A stretch of DNA of 34,054 bases from Burkholderiales bacterium. GTDB taxonomy: Bacteria; Pseudomonadota; Gammaproteobacteria; Burkholderiales; Casimicrobiaceae. The stretch lies in NCBI GenBank assembly GCA_043731765.1, contig JAYTIR010000108.1, positions 1-34,054 of the forward strand, in the 5' to 3' direction. The notes below the pieces were generated by a model. It ran no database searches and was not told the origin of the DNA. It saw only the letters and a program-made list of their open reading frames with translations. Position 1 is the first letter of the stretch. Every line of letters begins with the position of its first letter. The translations under genes and the position numbers were made by a program. Positions 1 to 7,917 of the stretch are shown here, piece by piece.

Positions 1-1492
1 GGTGCAGGAGCCTGGCGCACATCATCGGCGTCAATGTCAGCGACACGACCGCGGAGATCAGGATCGATACCGACAGCGTGATCGCGAACTCGCGGAAGAG
101 CCGTCCGACCACGTCTCCCATGAACAGCAGTGGAATGAGCACCGCGATCAGCGAAAACGTCAGCGATATGATCGTGAAGGCGATCTGCTGCGTGCCTTTC
201 TGCGTCGCCTGCAACGGGGAATCACCCTTCTCGATGTAACGCGCGATGTTCTCGATCACCACGATCGCGTCGTCGACGACAAAGCCGGTGGCGATGGTGA
301 GCGCCATCAACGTCAGGTTGTTGATGGAAAAGCCCGCCAGGTACATGACGCCGAACGTGCCGACCAGCGACAGCGGAACGGCGATACTCGGGATGAACGT
401 CGCGGGCACGTTGCGCAGGAACACGAAGATGACCATCACCACGAGCGCCACGGCAAGCAACAGCTCGAACTGCACATCGCGCACCGATGCCCGGATGGTC
501 ACGGTACGATCGGTGAGCAGCACGACATCGACGGCGGGCGGCAGCGCGGCCTGCAATTGCGGCAGCAACTGCTTGACCCGGTCGACGACCTCGATGACGT
601 TGGTGCCCGGCTGCCGCTGGACGTTGAGGATGATCGCCGGCGTCGGGATGGTGGCCGACCCCGTGGTGGCCCACGCGGCGAGGCGTGAGTTCTCGGCCGC
701 ATCCACCGCGTCTGCGACGTCCTGCACCCGTATCGGCGCGCCGTTCTTGTAGGCGATGATCAGCTGCCGGTACTCGTCGGCCGACTTCAACTGGTCGTTG
801 GCGTCGATGGTGGACGCGCGTGTGGGCCCGTCGAAGCTGCCCTTCGCTTGGTTGGTGTTGGCATTGCCGATCGCGGTGCGCACGTCGTCCAGCGACAACC
901 CGTACGCGGCCAGCGCCTTGGGATTGACCTGGATGCGCACAGCCGGACGCTGGCCGCCGCTGATGCTCACGAGGCCCACGCCGGGCAACTGCGAGATCTT
1001 TTGCGCGATCCGTGTGTCGGCCAGGTCTTCGAGCTTGGGCAGCGGCAGCGTTTGCGACGTGAGCGCGAGCGTGATGACGGGCGTGTCGGCTGGATTGACC
1101 TTGTTGTAGATCGGCGGATTCGGCAGGTCGGCCGGCAGGAAGCTCCCCGACGCATTGATCGCCGCCTGCACCTCCTGTTCGGCGACATCCAGCGAAAGTT
1201 CGAGGTTGAACTGCAGCGTGATCACCGATGCTCCGCCGGAACTCGTCGACGACATCTGGTTCAGTCCCGGCATCTGTCCGAATTGGCGCTCGAGTGGCGC
1301 CGTGACCGATGACGTCATCACGTCCGGGCTTGCTCCCGGGTAGAGCGTCACGACCTGGATCGTCGGATAGTCGACTTCGGGCAGCGCGGACAACGGCAAC
1401 ACGCGGTACGCCACGATGCCGGCGAGCAGGATCGCGACCATCAGCAGCGTGGTCGCCACCGGACGCAGGATGAACAGGCGGGACGGATTCAT
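1..1492 (-). CDS. mdtB: RND efflux permease, MdtB/MuxB family (5' part; runs off the left edge)
   Basis: Missing from the ORF track because it has no stop in the window. Manual translation from ATG at 1492 gives [77 protein letters not shown]..., later [14 protein letters not shown] (RND TM4 DD motif). Lies directly downstream of an MdtA-like gene. Confidence 0.93.
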   Translation of the reverse strand, partial: MNPSRLFILRPVATTLLMVAILLAGIVAYRVLPLSALPEVDYPTIQVVTLYPGASPDVMTSSVTAPLERQFGQMPGLNQMSSTSSGGASVITLQFNLELSLDVAEQEVQAAINASGSFLPADLPNPPIYNKVNPADTPVITLALTSQTLPLPKLEDLADTRIAQKISQLPGVGLVSISGGQRPAVRIQVNPKALAAYGLSLDDVRTAIGNANTNQAKGSFDGPTRASTIDANDQLKSADEYRQLIIAYKNGAPIRVQDVADAVDAAENSRLAAWATTGSATIPTPAIILNVQRQPGTNVIEVVDRVKQLLPQLQAALPPAVDVVLLTDRTVTIRASVRDVQFELLLAVALVVMVIFVFLRNVPATFIPSIAVPLSLVGTFGVMYLAGFSINNLTLMALTIATGFVVDDAIVVIENIARYIEKGDSPLQATQKGTQQIAFTIISLTFSLIAVLIPLLFMGDVVGRLFREFAITLSVSILISAVVSLTLTPMMCARLLH

Positions 1493-1528
1493 GGCGAACA
1501 GTCGGGCGCGCGCAGAGCAGAATCCCGG

Positions 1529-2902
1529 TCAGCCGCCGGGCGGGCGGGAGGACGAACCCGAAGACGAACCTGAGGGCGTACCTGAGGGCGGCGATCCTTG
1601 CGGCGTGCCGGCAGGCGCGCGGCTGCCGGGTGGCTGGTCACCTTTTCCGGTGCGGCGTCCGCCAGCCTGTGCCGGAACGGCTTCCCCATCGCGCGTGATC
1701 AATTCAATCTTCGCGCCTTCGCGCAGTTTGTCTGCGCCGTCAATGACGACTGAATCGCCCGGCGCCAGTCCCGACGCGATCGCGGTTACCTCGCCCTGGA
1801 CCGGACCAAGCTTGACCGGTGCCACCGTAACGCTCTTGTCCTCTTTGACGACATAGACGAACGTGCCCGGTGCGCCACGCTGAATCGCGGCAGAAGGGAC
1901 CAGCGTGGCATCCGACAGCGTCGCGAGCAGCATGCGCACGTTGACGAACTGGTTCGGAAAGAGCGCGGCGTTCTCGTTGCCGAATTCCGCCTTGAGCTTG
2001 ACCGTCCCGGTGGTCGTGTCGATCTGGTTGTCGACCGTCAGGAGCTTGCCGGTCGCGAGCTTGACCTTTCCGTCGCGATCCCAGGCTTCCACCGAAATGG
2101 CCTCGCCGACCTGCAGCCGCTTCAGCACGCGAGGCACGTTGTCCTCGGGAATCGGGAAGACCGCGGTGATCGGCTGCAATTGCGCGATCACGACGAGGCC
2201 ATTGGAATCCGACGCGTGCACGACATTGCCCGGATCGATCTGGCGCAACCCCACGCGACCGCTGATCGGCGCTGTCACGCGCGCATAGGTGAGCTGCAGC
2301 CTTGCGCTGTCGATTGCGCCCTGATCGGACTGCATCGCGCCCTCGTATTGGCGCACCAGCGCGGCCTGCGTGTCGACCTGCTGCTTCGAAATCGAGTCCT
2401 GCTTGAGCAACGTTTGATAGCGTTCGAGGTCGAGCTGGGCGTTCTTGAGCAGCGCCTGGTCCTTGGCCATTTGTCCGACGGCCTGCGTCAGTTGCACGGC
2501 AAAGGGTCGTGGGTCGATCTCGGCCAACAGTTCGCCGGCCTTGACGATCTGTCCTTCCTGAAATGCAATGCGCATCAACTGGCCATCCACGCGTGGCTTC
2601 ACCACGACGACGTTGCGCGGCGTAACCGTCCCCAGCGCATTGAGATAGACATCGATGCTGCCTTTCCTTGCAACGGCCGCAACGACAGGCAACGCGCGTG
2701 CGGAGGGATCGAAGCGGCCGCCTGCGCCAGGCGCAGGCGCCGACGGAGGTGCGTTCCACCAGAAGTACCAGCCACCGGCGATCGCCGCGACCAGAACGAC
2801 CGCCGCCAACGGCCACGGCCAGCGCCGGCGCGCGGATGTGGCACGGGTTGTTACTGGCGGCGTGTCGGCCGGATCTGGAGCGGACGTCGTGCTCTCGGTC
2901 AT
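1529..2902 (-). CDS. mdtA: RND efflux periplasmic adaptor (membrane fusion protein), MdtA/MuxA family
   Basis: N-terminal TM segment; motifs LGTVTP..VKPRVDGQL, IDPRPF, APISGRVGLRQIDPGN, DNQIDTTTGTVKLKA, LFPNQFVN; low-complexity G/S/P C-terminal tail. Confidence 0.93.
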   Translation of the reverse strand: MTESTTSAPDPADTPPVTTRATSARRRWPWPLAAVVLVAAIAGGWYFWWNAPPSAPAPGAGGRFDPSARALPVVAAVARKGSIDVYLNALGTVTPRNVVVVKPRVDGQLMRIAFQEGQIVKAGELLAEIDPRPFAVQLTQAVGQMAKDQALLKNAQLDLERYQTLLKQDSISKQQVDTQAALVRQYEGAMQSDQGAIDSARLQLTYARVTAPISGRVGLRQIDPGNVVHASDSNGLVVIAQLQPITAVFPIPEDNVPRVLKRLQVGEAISVEAWDRDGKVKLATGKLLTVDNQIDTTTGTVKLKAEFGNENAALFPNQFVNVRMLLATLSDATLVPSAAIQRGAPGTFVYVVKEDKSVTVAPVKLGPVQGEVTAIASGLAPGDSVVIDGADKLREGAKIELITRDGEAVPAQAGGRRTGKGDQPPGSRAPAGTPQGSPPSGTPSGSSSGSSSRPPGG

Positions 2903-2990
2903 CGTATCTTTCGCAAGGACAGGGAATTGTCCGGGATTATCAATGATTCGTTACACGGCGTTTATAACCATCTGTTAAACCGGGCGTTGC

Positions 2991-3216
2991 GCTTGTCGCT
3001 CCCGTCGGACCGCCCGTGGGCGGATGGGAGCGGCGGGCCTGCAGGATATCGACAACTTCCGGTGCGTTTTGTCCGCGACGGGACCCGCGGCAGTCGTAAC
3101 CGGATGTTGCGAAGCCGACACCTGGCACACATCGAAACCAATGCTGTGGCAAGCGTCAAGCGAGTGCCGCATGAAGGTCGCACACGCTTTGCATGCGGTT
3201 CGGCAGAGGTTCGGTT
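2991..3216 (+). other. Cluster of long imperfect hairpins; candidate structured RNA or palindromic element
   Basis: Paired by hand: 2991-3006 with 3023-3038 (16 bp, 4 G-U, no mismatch); 3053-3077 with 3086-3109; 3166-3177 with 3187-3199; 3113-3123 with 3207-3216. Function unknown. Confidence 0.3.
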
Positions 3217-3235
3217 GAGGTTCGCATGGCATAAT
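3197..3235 (+). promoter_or_regulatory. Three GGTTCG direct repeats at 11-bp period followed by an extended -10-like TGGCATAAT
   Basis: GGTTCG at 3197, 3208 and 3219; TG-G-CATAAT at 3227-3235; ATG at 3260. Confidence 0.45.
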
Positions 3236-3259
3236 GCAATGCTGTTCCAGGACCTTCCG

Positions 3260-4576
3260 ATGCCCAGACTATTCAAGTTCCTTGCCGTTCTCTTCGTGCT
3301 GCCGCTCGTTCTCACGGGTTGCAAGATCAACAGTATCAACTATTTTCCGCCGGTGCCCGCGCACCTCCGGGTTGTCAACATACTGGAGACAACGACGCCC
3401 ATCAACATCACCGCCGATGGTGTCAACGCATGGACCGGCCTGCCCTTCGAGGCCATGACGGGTTACCAGAGTTTCGACAACAAATCCACCGTTTTCACGG
3501 TCAGTCTTGCCGGGGCGAGTACCCCCTTGTTCGAGCAGACCTTGAACCTGGCAGGGAATGCATACATCACGCTGGTCGTCTATGGAACAACCATTGTGCC
3601 GAGTCTCGGCGTAATGGCCGATGCGACACAGCCGCCGCCAAGCGGCAAGTTCCAGCTGAACATCTTCGATGGGGCGCCGGTTGGCAACGGCACCGCACTC
3701 GGCGCACATCCCATTGACATCTATCTGACGACGCCCGGACAGGCGCTCGATACCATCTCACCCATTTTCACGAACATTCAGTACACCTCCGCAAACATAT
3801 TCGGGCAATATTCTGCCGGTCTATTGCGGCTGAGCATGACGATTGCCGGAACAAAAACCATCATTTACGATTCCGGCCCGCTCACTTTTCAGGAAAAGAC
3901 GTCGACGGACCTCATCATTTATTCCAGGGGCAGCGGGGTTCTCGTCAATGTCCTGCGCAACGACAGCGATGGCGCGGGGCAGCAGGTAATTGCCAACAGT
4001 CTGCTGGCGCGACTCAAGGTCGTGAATGCCGCCTTTCAGACCGCGTCCGTCAACCAGTTGCTGAACGGTATCGCCGCCGTGTCCAATCTTGCCTTCGCGG
4101 CGAATTCAGCCTATGGCATCGTCCCATCCGGCACGAACACCGTGACATTCGAGGCCACTTCGGCGCCCGGCGCGACCATTGCTTCCCTCGCGAACACCTT
4201 CGGGGCGGCAACCGACCGGTCCATCTTTGTCACGGGCTTTGCCGGTTCGACCAGCGCGGTTGCCCTTATCGACAACAATTCTCCGCCAGCGATTGGCTAT
4301 GCGGCTGTCCGCTTCGTCAATACGTCGCCCAATTCAGCTCCGTTGGACGTGTTCGCGAACGACGCCAAGCAGGTCACTGCCCTGGGCACTTACGCCGCCT
4401 CAGCCTATGTCCAGCTGCTCTCCGGTACGTATACGATGAATTTCAAGGATTCGGTCACGGGCGTCACGGTCTTGACGCTCCCCGGCATCGTCGTGGCTGC
4501 AGGGCAGACGTCCAGCGTGTACGTATTCGGAGCGACGGGCGCGCTGTCCGCGGTGGCTACGCCAGATACGCCATAG
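3260..4576 (+). CDS. Lipoprotein with four DUF4397/AlgF-like beta-sandwich repeats
   Basis: The real gene is the 3' part of the 798-aa ORF. Lipoprotein signal MPRLFKFLAVLFVLPLVLTG-C; repeat starts AHLRVVN, FQLNIFDGAP, ARLKVVNAA, AAVRFVNTSPNSAPLDV. Alternative ATG at 3239. Confidence 0.8.
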   Translation: MPRLFKFLAVLFVLPLVLTGCKINSINYFPPVPAHLRVVNILETTTPINITADGVNAWTGLPFEAMTGYQSFDNKSTVFTVSLAGASTPLFEQTLNLAGNAYITLVVYGTTIVPSLGVMADATQPPPSGKFQLNIFDGAPVGNGTALGAHPIDIYLTTPGQALDTISPIFTNIQYTSANIFGQYSAGLLRLSMTIAGTKTIIYDSGPLTFQEKTSTDLIIYSRGSGVLVNVLRNDSDGAGQQVIANSLLARLKVVNAAFQTASVNQLLNGIAAVSNLAFAANSAYGIVPSGTNTVTFEATSAPGATIASLANTFGAATDRSIFVTGFAGSTSAVALIDNNSPPAIGYAAVRFVNTSPNSAPLDVFANDAKQVTALGTYAASAYVQLLSGTYTMNFKDSVTGVTVLTLPGIVVAAGQTSSVYVFGATGALSAVATPDTP

Positions 4577-4604
4577 CGATTCCGCCAGGCGCAGCCTCGT
4601 GCCG

Positions 4605-4633
4605 TTGTGCAGAACAGCACGGACGCCTATAAT
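4605..4633 (+). promoter_or_regulatory. Putative sigma70 promoter
   Basis: TTGTGC (4605-4610), 17 nt, TATAAT (4628-4633); RBS AGGAG at 4681 before ATG 4693. Confidence 0.55.
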
Positions 4634-4692
4634 GTGGGGTCGTTGGCATCGCCCGGATTTTTTATGGTTCCAATAATTTCAGGAGAAACGCA

Positions 4693-5133
4693 ATGTTGAA
4701 GAAATTGACATCGAAATGGCTGTTGGCGGCAGGTTGCCTTGCCGTGTTTACGTTAGCGATGGCGGCCGAACCGGCGCCGTCCGGCACGGTCAAGCTGACC
4801 AGCAAGGCCGTGGCCCTCGGCATCGGCGTGAGCTGGGGCGACGGCACGCTGACCATGGACGGCAAAACGTATCCGTTTTCGGTCGAAGGCCTGAGCGTTG
4901 CTGACCTGGGTGTTTCCAGCGTCACGACGGCGGGCGAAGTTTTCAACCTGAAGAATGTTGCCGATTTCAGTGGTAACTACGTCGCAGGTGAGGCCGGAAT
5001 CGCCATTGCCGGCGGTCCGACCGACCAGATCCTCAAGAATCAGAACGGCGTTGTGCTCCGCCTGCACGGTACGCAGCAAGGCGCCCGCCTGACGCTGGCG
5101 GCGCAAGGCGTCAAACTGACGATCAAGAAATAG
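4693..5133 (+). CDS. Small secreted beta-rich protein, DUF1134/EipA-like
   Basis: Signal peptide ending AMA-A; pattern GIGVSWGDGTL..G..YPF...GLSV.DLG...GEVFNL....DFSGNY...LKNQNGVVL recalled from DUF1134-like proteins; good RBS. Confidence 0.7.
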   Translation: MLKKLTSKWLLAAGCLAVFTLAMAAEPAPSGTVKLTSKAVALGIGVSWGDGTLTMDGKTYPFSVEGLSVADLGVSSVTTAGEVFNLKNVADFSGNYVAGEAGIAIAGGPTDQILKNQNGVVLRLHGTQQGARLTLAAQGVKLTIKK

Positions 5134-5197
5134 TCTGGGACGGCGGGCGGCGATCTGCCACCCGCCTCTCGAAAGGAGGCGATGCGTTCGCCTCTTC

Positions 5198-5237
5198 GCG
5201 GCCTCAGGCACTCAATGCTGAGGCCGTTTTCGTTTTT
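5198..5237 (+). terminator. Rho-independent terminator
   Basis: Stem GCGGCCTCAG / CTGAGGCCGT followed by TTTCGTTTTT. Confidence 0.75.
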
Positions 5238-5261
5238 GTCTCCCGGCGAGTACGCTTTCGC

Positions 5262-5348
5262 GGGAAGTTTGCCCAGTCGGGGACCTACAAGACGACGTGG
5301 TCGGAAATCACCGTGTCGTGCGAGGCGTGTCCTGGACCTGGCTCGAAC
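5262..5348 (+). pseudogene. Fragment of a multiheme cytochrome c gene with a degenerate CxxCH
   Basis: Frame reads GKFAQSGTYKTTWSEITVSCEACPGPGSN, matching the TY.TTWSE..VSCEACHGPGS segment of large multiheme c-type cytochrome/TPR proteins; His codon CAT appears as CCT. No other part of the gene is present. Confidence 0.6.
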
Positions 5349-5440
5349 CCTACTACATCGATGTCGGCACCGGCCAGACCGACCTCACCTGGCAAGCCAT
5401 CGCCGGACTTGGCTATGCGTTCAAAAGCGCGGATTCATGA
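5348..5440 (+). pseudogene. Fragment of an outer-membrane beta-barrel protein gene
   Basis: A different frame reads PYYIDVGTGQTDLTWQAIAGLGYAFK then SADS-stop, resembling the PYYLDVGTG.SDLTWQA..G.GY.F strands of a common uncharacterised proteobacterial OM barrel (recalled, not searched). Confidence 0.55.
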
Positions 5441-5471
5441 TGATCGGCGGCACTTCTTCGCGCGAAATGAG

Positions 5472-5513
5472 TCTCCGGCGCGGATTCCCTGCGGATTGCG
5501 CGCCGGAGATTTT
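5472..5513 (+). terminator. Terminator-like hairpin upstream of the CoA ligase
   Basis: Perfect 11-bp arms TCTCCGGCGCG (5472-5482) and CGCGCCGGAGA (5499-5509), followed by TTTT. Confidence 0.45.
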
Positions 5514-5609
5514 AACTCCTGATGCACTTTTTTGCAGCCGTTGCGGCGCGTATTGCCGCGACTTCGGCACAATGAGTGGTAAATCCCGAAATCGACGGAG
5601 GACATTTCC

Positions 5610-7268
5610 ATGCTCGGCCTGATGCAGGATCGCCCGCTGCTCATTTCGTCACTGATCGAGCATGCGAATGCCTTTCATCCAGGCGCCGAAATCGTGTCGC
5701 GAACGGTCGAAGGGCCGATCCACCGCTGCACGTACGGCGACATTCACCGCCGCTCGAAGCAGGTGGCCAAGGCACTGATCGCGCTCGGTGTCGCGCCCGG
5801 CGACCGCGTGGGCACGTTGGCATGGAACGGCTACCGGCACCTGGAGCTCTACTACGGTGTGTCGGGCATGGGCGCGGTTCTGCACACGATCAACCCGCGT
5901 CTTTTTCCGGAGCAGATCACCTACATCGCCAATCATGCCGAAGACAAGTACCTGTTCTTCGATCTGACATTTGCGCCGCTGATCGAAAAACTGGGACCGC
6001 TCATGAAGTCGGTCAAGGGCTTCGTCGCGATGACCGATCGTGCCCACATGCCCGCGCTCGGCGTGCCCAACCTGCTCTGCTACGAGGAACTCATCGGCGC
6101 GCAGGACAGCGACTATGAATGGCCGGTGTTCGACGAATACACCGCGTCGTCGCTGTGCTACACGTCCGGCACCACCGGCAATCCCAAGGGCGTGCTGTTC
6201 TCGCACCGGTCGACGGTGCTGCATTCCTTCGGGGCATGCGTCGCGGACAGCCTGGGCATTTCCGCTGCGGAGACGCTGCTGCTGGTCGTGCCGATGTTTC
6301 ACGTCAACGCGTGGGGCATGCCGTATGCAGGGGCGATGTCCGGCGCCAAACTCGTGATGCCGGGTCCCGGACTCGACGGCAAGAGCGTCTACGAACAGCT
6401 GCGCGATGAGCAGGTGACGATGGCACTCGGCGTGCCCACGGTCTGGCTGATGCTGTTGCAACACGTCGAGGCGGGAGGGCTCGACCCGAAAGCGGACCTG
6501 GTCCTGCGGCGGGTCGTGATCGGCGGTTCCGCTGCGCCGCGCGCCATGAGCGAAAAATTCGAGTCGAAATTCGGCGCGTTTGTCCTGCACGCGTGGGGCA
6601 TGACCGAGATGTCGCCGCTGGGCACGGTCTGCAACCTGTTGGGCAAGCACCGTGGCTGCACGCTCGAGCAGCGGCTGGACCTGCAATCCAAGCAGGGACG
6701 GCCCGTCTTCGGCGTCGAAATGAAAATCATCGACGACGCAGGGCGCCGCCTTCCGCACGATGGCAAGGCCCATGGCCACCTGATGGTTCGCGGGCCATGG
6801 ATCACCAGCGGGTATTACCTGGGCGAAGGCGGCGAGATTCTCGACGCGGACGGATTTTTCGATACGGGTGATGTCGCGATGATCGATCCTGACGGCTACA
6901 TGCAGATCACCGATCGCTCGAAGGACGTCATCAAGTCCGGCGGCGAATGGATCTCGTCGATTGACCTGGAAAATGCGGCGCTGGGCCATCCCGGTGTCGC
7001 GGAAGCGGCCGTGATCGGCATCGTCCATCCGAAGTGGCAGGAGCGTCCTCTGCTGGTCGTGGTCAAGAAGTCGGGCCAGGACGTGACGCGTGACGACCTG
7101 CTCAAGTTCCTCCAGGGCAAGGTGGCCAAGTGGTGGCTGCCCGATGACGTGGCGTTTGTCACCGAGTTGCCCCACACGGCGACCGGCAAGCTCCTGAAAA
7201 TGAAGCTGCGCGAGACGTTCAAGGATTACCGCTTGCCTGAAAGCCCGGCGCGTGGCGAGCGGACGTAG
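5610..7268 (+). CDS. Acyl-CoA synthetase of the DmdB/AlkK type (3-methylmercaptopropionyl-CoA or medium/long-chain fatty acid CoA ligase)
   Basis: N-terminus [19 protein letters not shown]; AMP-binding [47 protein letters not shown]; RBS GGAGG. Confidence 0.9.
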   Translation: MLGLMQDRPLLISSLIEHANAFHPGAEIVSRTVEGPIHRCTYGDIHRRSKQVAKALIALGVAPGDRVGTLAWNGYRHLELYYGVSGMGAVLHTINPRLFPEQITYIANHAEDKYLFFDLTFAPLIEKLGPLMKSVKGFVAMTDRAHMPALGVPNLLCYEELIGAQDSDYEWPVFDEYTASSLCYTSGTTGNPKGVLFSHRSTVLHSFGACVADSLGISAAETLLLVVPMFHVNAWGMPYAGAMSGAKLVMPGPGLDGKSVYEQLRDEQVTMALGVPTVWLMLLQHVEAGGLDPKADLVLRRVVIGGSAAPRAMSEKFESKFGAFVLHAWGMTEMSPLGTVCNLLGKHRGCTLEQRLDLQSKQGRPVFGVEMKIIDDAGRRLPHDGKAHGHLMVRGPWITSGYYLGEGGEILDADGFFDTGDVAMIDPDGYMQITDRSKDVIKSGGEWISSIDLENAALGHPGVAEAAVIGIVHPKWQERPLLVVVKKSGQDVTRDDLLKFLQGKVAKWWLPDDVAFVTELPHTATGKLLKMKLRETFKDYRLPESPARGERT

Positions 7269-7341
7269 AGCGGAGGATAATGACCTCAGAAACGGATCCG
7301 GCATCGACCGGTAACGCCGACAACGAATGGAGGGAAAGATC

Positions 7342-7893
7342 ATGACCGAGGCAACGGGACTGGACCTGCGCCGTGCGGGCACGTGGGTGATTGTCTGGGG
7401 CGTGTTGTTGATGGTGGCCGGAATGATCGCCATCGTGGCGCCGGGCACGGCGGCGGTCGCGACGACGTTGCTGCTGGGCTGGCTGCTGGTCTTCGCAGGA
7501 ATCGTGGAATTCGTCTATGCCTACCAGCAGCGCGCGCATGACGGCTACATGTGGAAACTGATTTCCGCGTTTGCAATTCTGGCGCTGGGTGTTTTCATGC
7601 TCGCCTTCCCGGTTGCGTCCATTGCCTCGCTGGCGCTCCTGGTGGGTGCCTTTCTGCTGGCAAGCGGAGCCAGCAGCGTATTGCTCGCGTTAAAACTGCG
7701 GCCCAAGGATGGTTGGGGGTGGGTATTGTTCGACGGCGTGTTGTCGATCGTGGTCGCCATATTGATCGCCTCCGGCTGGCCGCAGAATTCGATCGAATTT
7801 GTCGGCATTCTCGTGGGCTTTTGCCTCATTTCAGGCGGACTCTGGCGGATCATTCTGGGCCGCGCGTTGCGCTCGGCAGTTTCCGCGCCCTGA
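7342..7893 (+). CDS. HdeD/DUF308 family membrane protein
   Basis: About six hydrophobic segments; GWLLVFAG..E and GWGWVLFDGVLSI...I..GWP motifs; RBS GGAGGG at 7329 favours ATG 7342. Confidence 0.85.
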   Translation: MTEATGLDLRRAGTWVIVWGVLLMVAGMIAIVAPGTAAVATTLLLGWLLVFAGIVEFVYAYQQRAHDGYMWKLISAFAILALGVFMLAFPVASIASLALLVGAFLLASGASSVLLALKLRPKDGWGWVLFDGVLSIVVAILIASGWPQNSIEFVGILVGFCLISGGLWRIILGRALRSAVSAP

Positions 7894-7917
7894 GTGGGCG
7901 CGGTCACGGCCGCGGTG

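Noticed and set aside
1551-1592. 12-bp periodic repeat in the 3' end of mdtA
   Set aside because: Encodes the low-complexity SGTP/SGSS tail typical of MdtA C-termini; no separate function is evident.
2180-3259. N-terminal 360 aa of the 798-aa ORF, suggesting a large fusion protein
   Set aside because: It is the antisense shadow of mdtA plus intergenic DNA; a clean lipoprotein signal peptide begins at 3260.
5182-5622. 146-aa ORF behind a strong SD
   Set aside because: SD-to-ATG spacing is 2 nt, the ORF runs through a terminator, and its Arg-rich product has no recognisable features; the protein-like signals in this interval are in the other two frames.
7281-7289. TGACCTCA octamer also at 20413 and, reversed, at 27316, each shortly after a stop codon
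   Set aside because: Only 8 bp and inconsistent in orientation relative to the upstream gene; I cannot distinguish it from chance without a genome-wide count.
7883-7903. Hairpin CCGCGCCC-TGAGT-GGGCGCGG at the hdeD stop
   Set aside because: No U-tract on either strand; at most an ordinary 3'-end structure between convergent genes.
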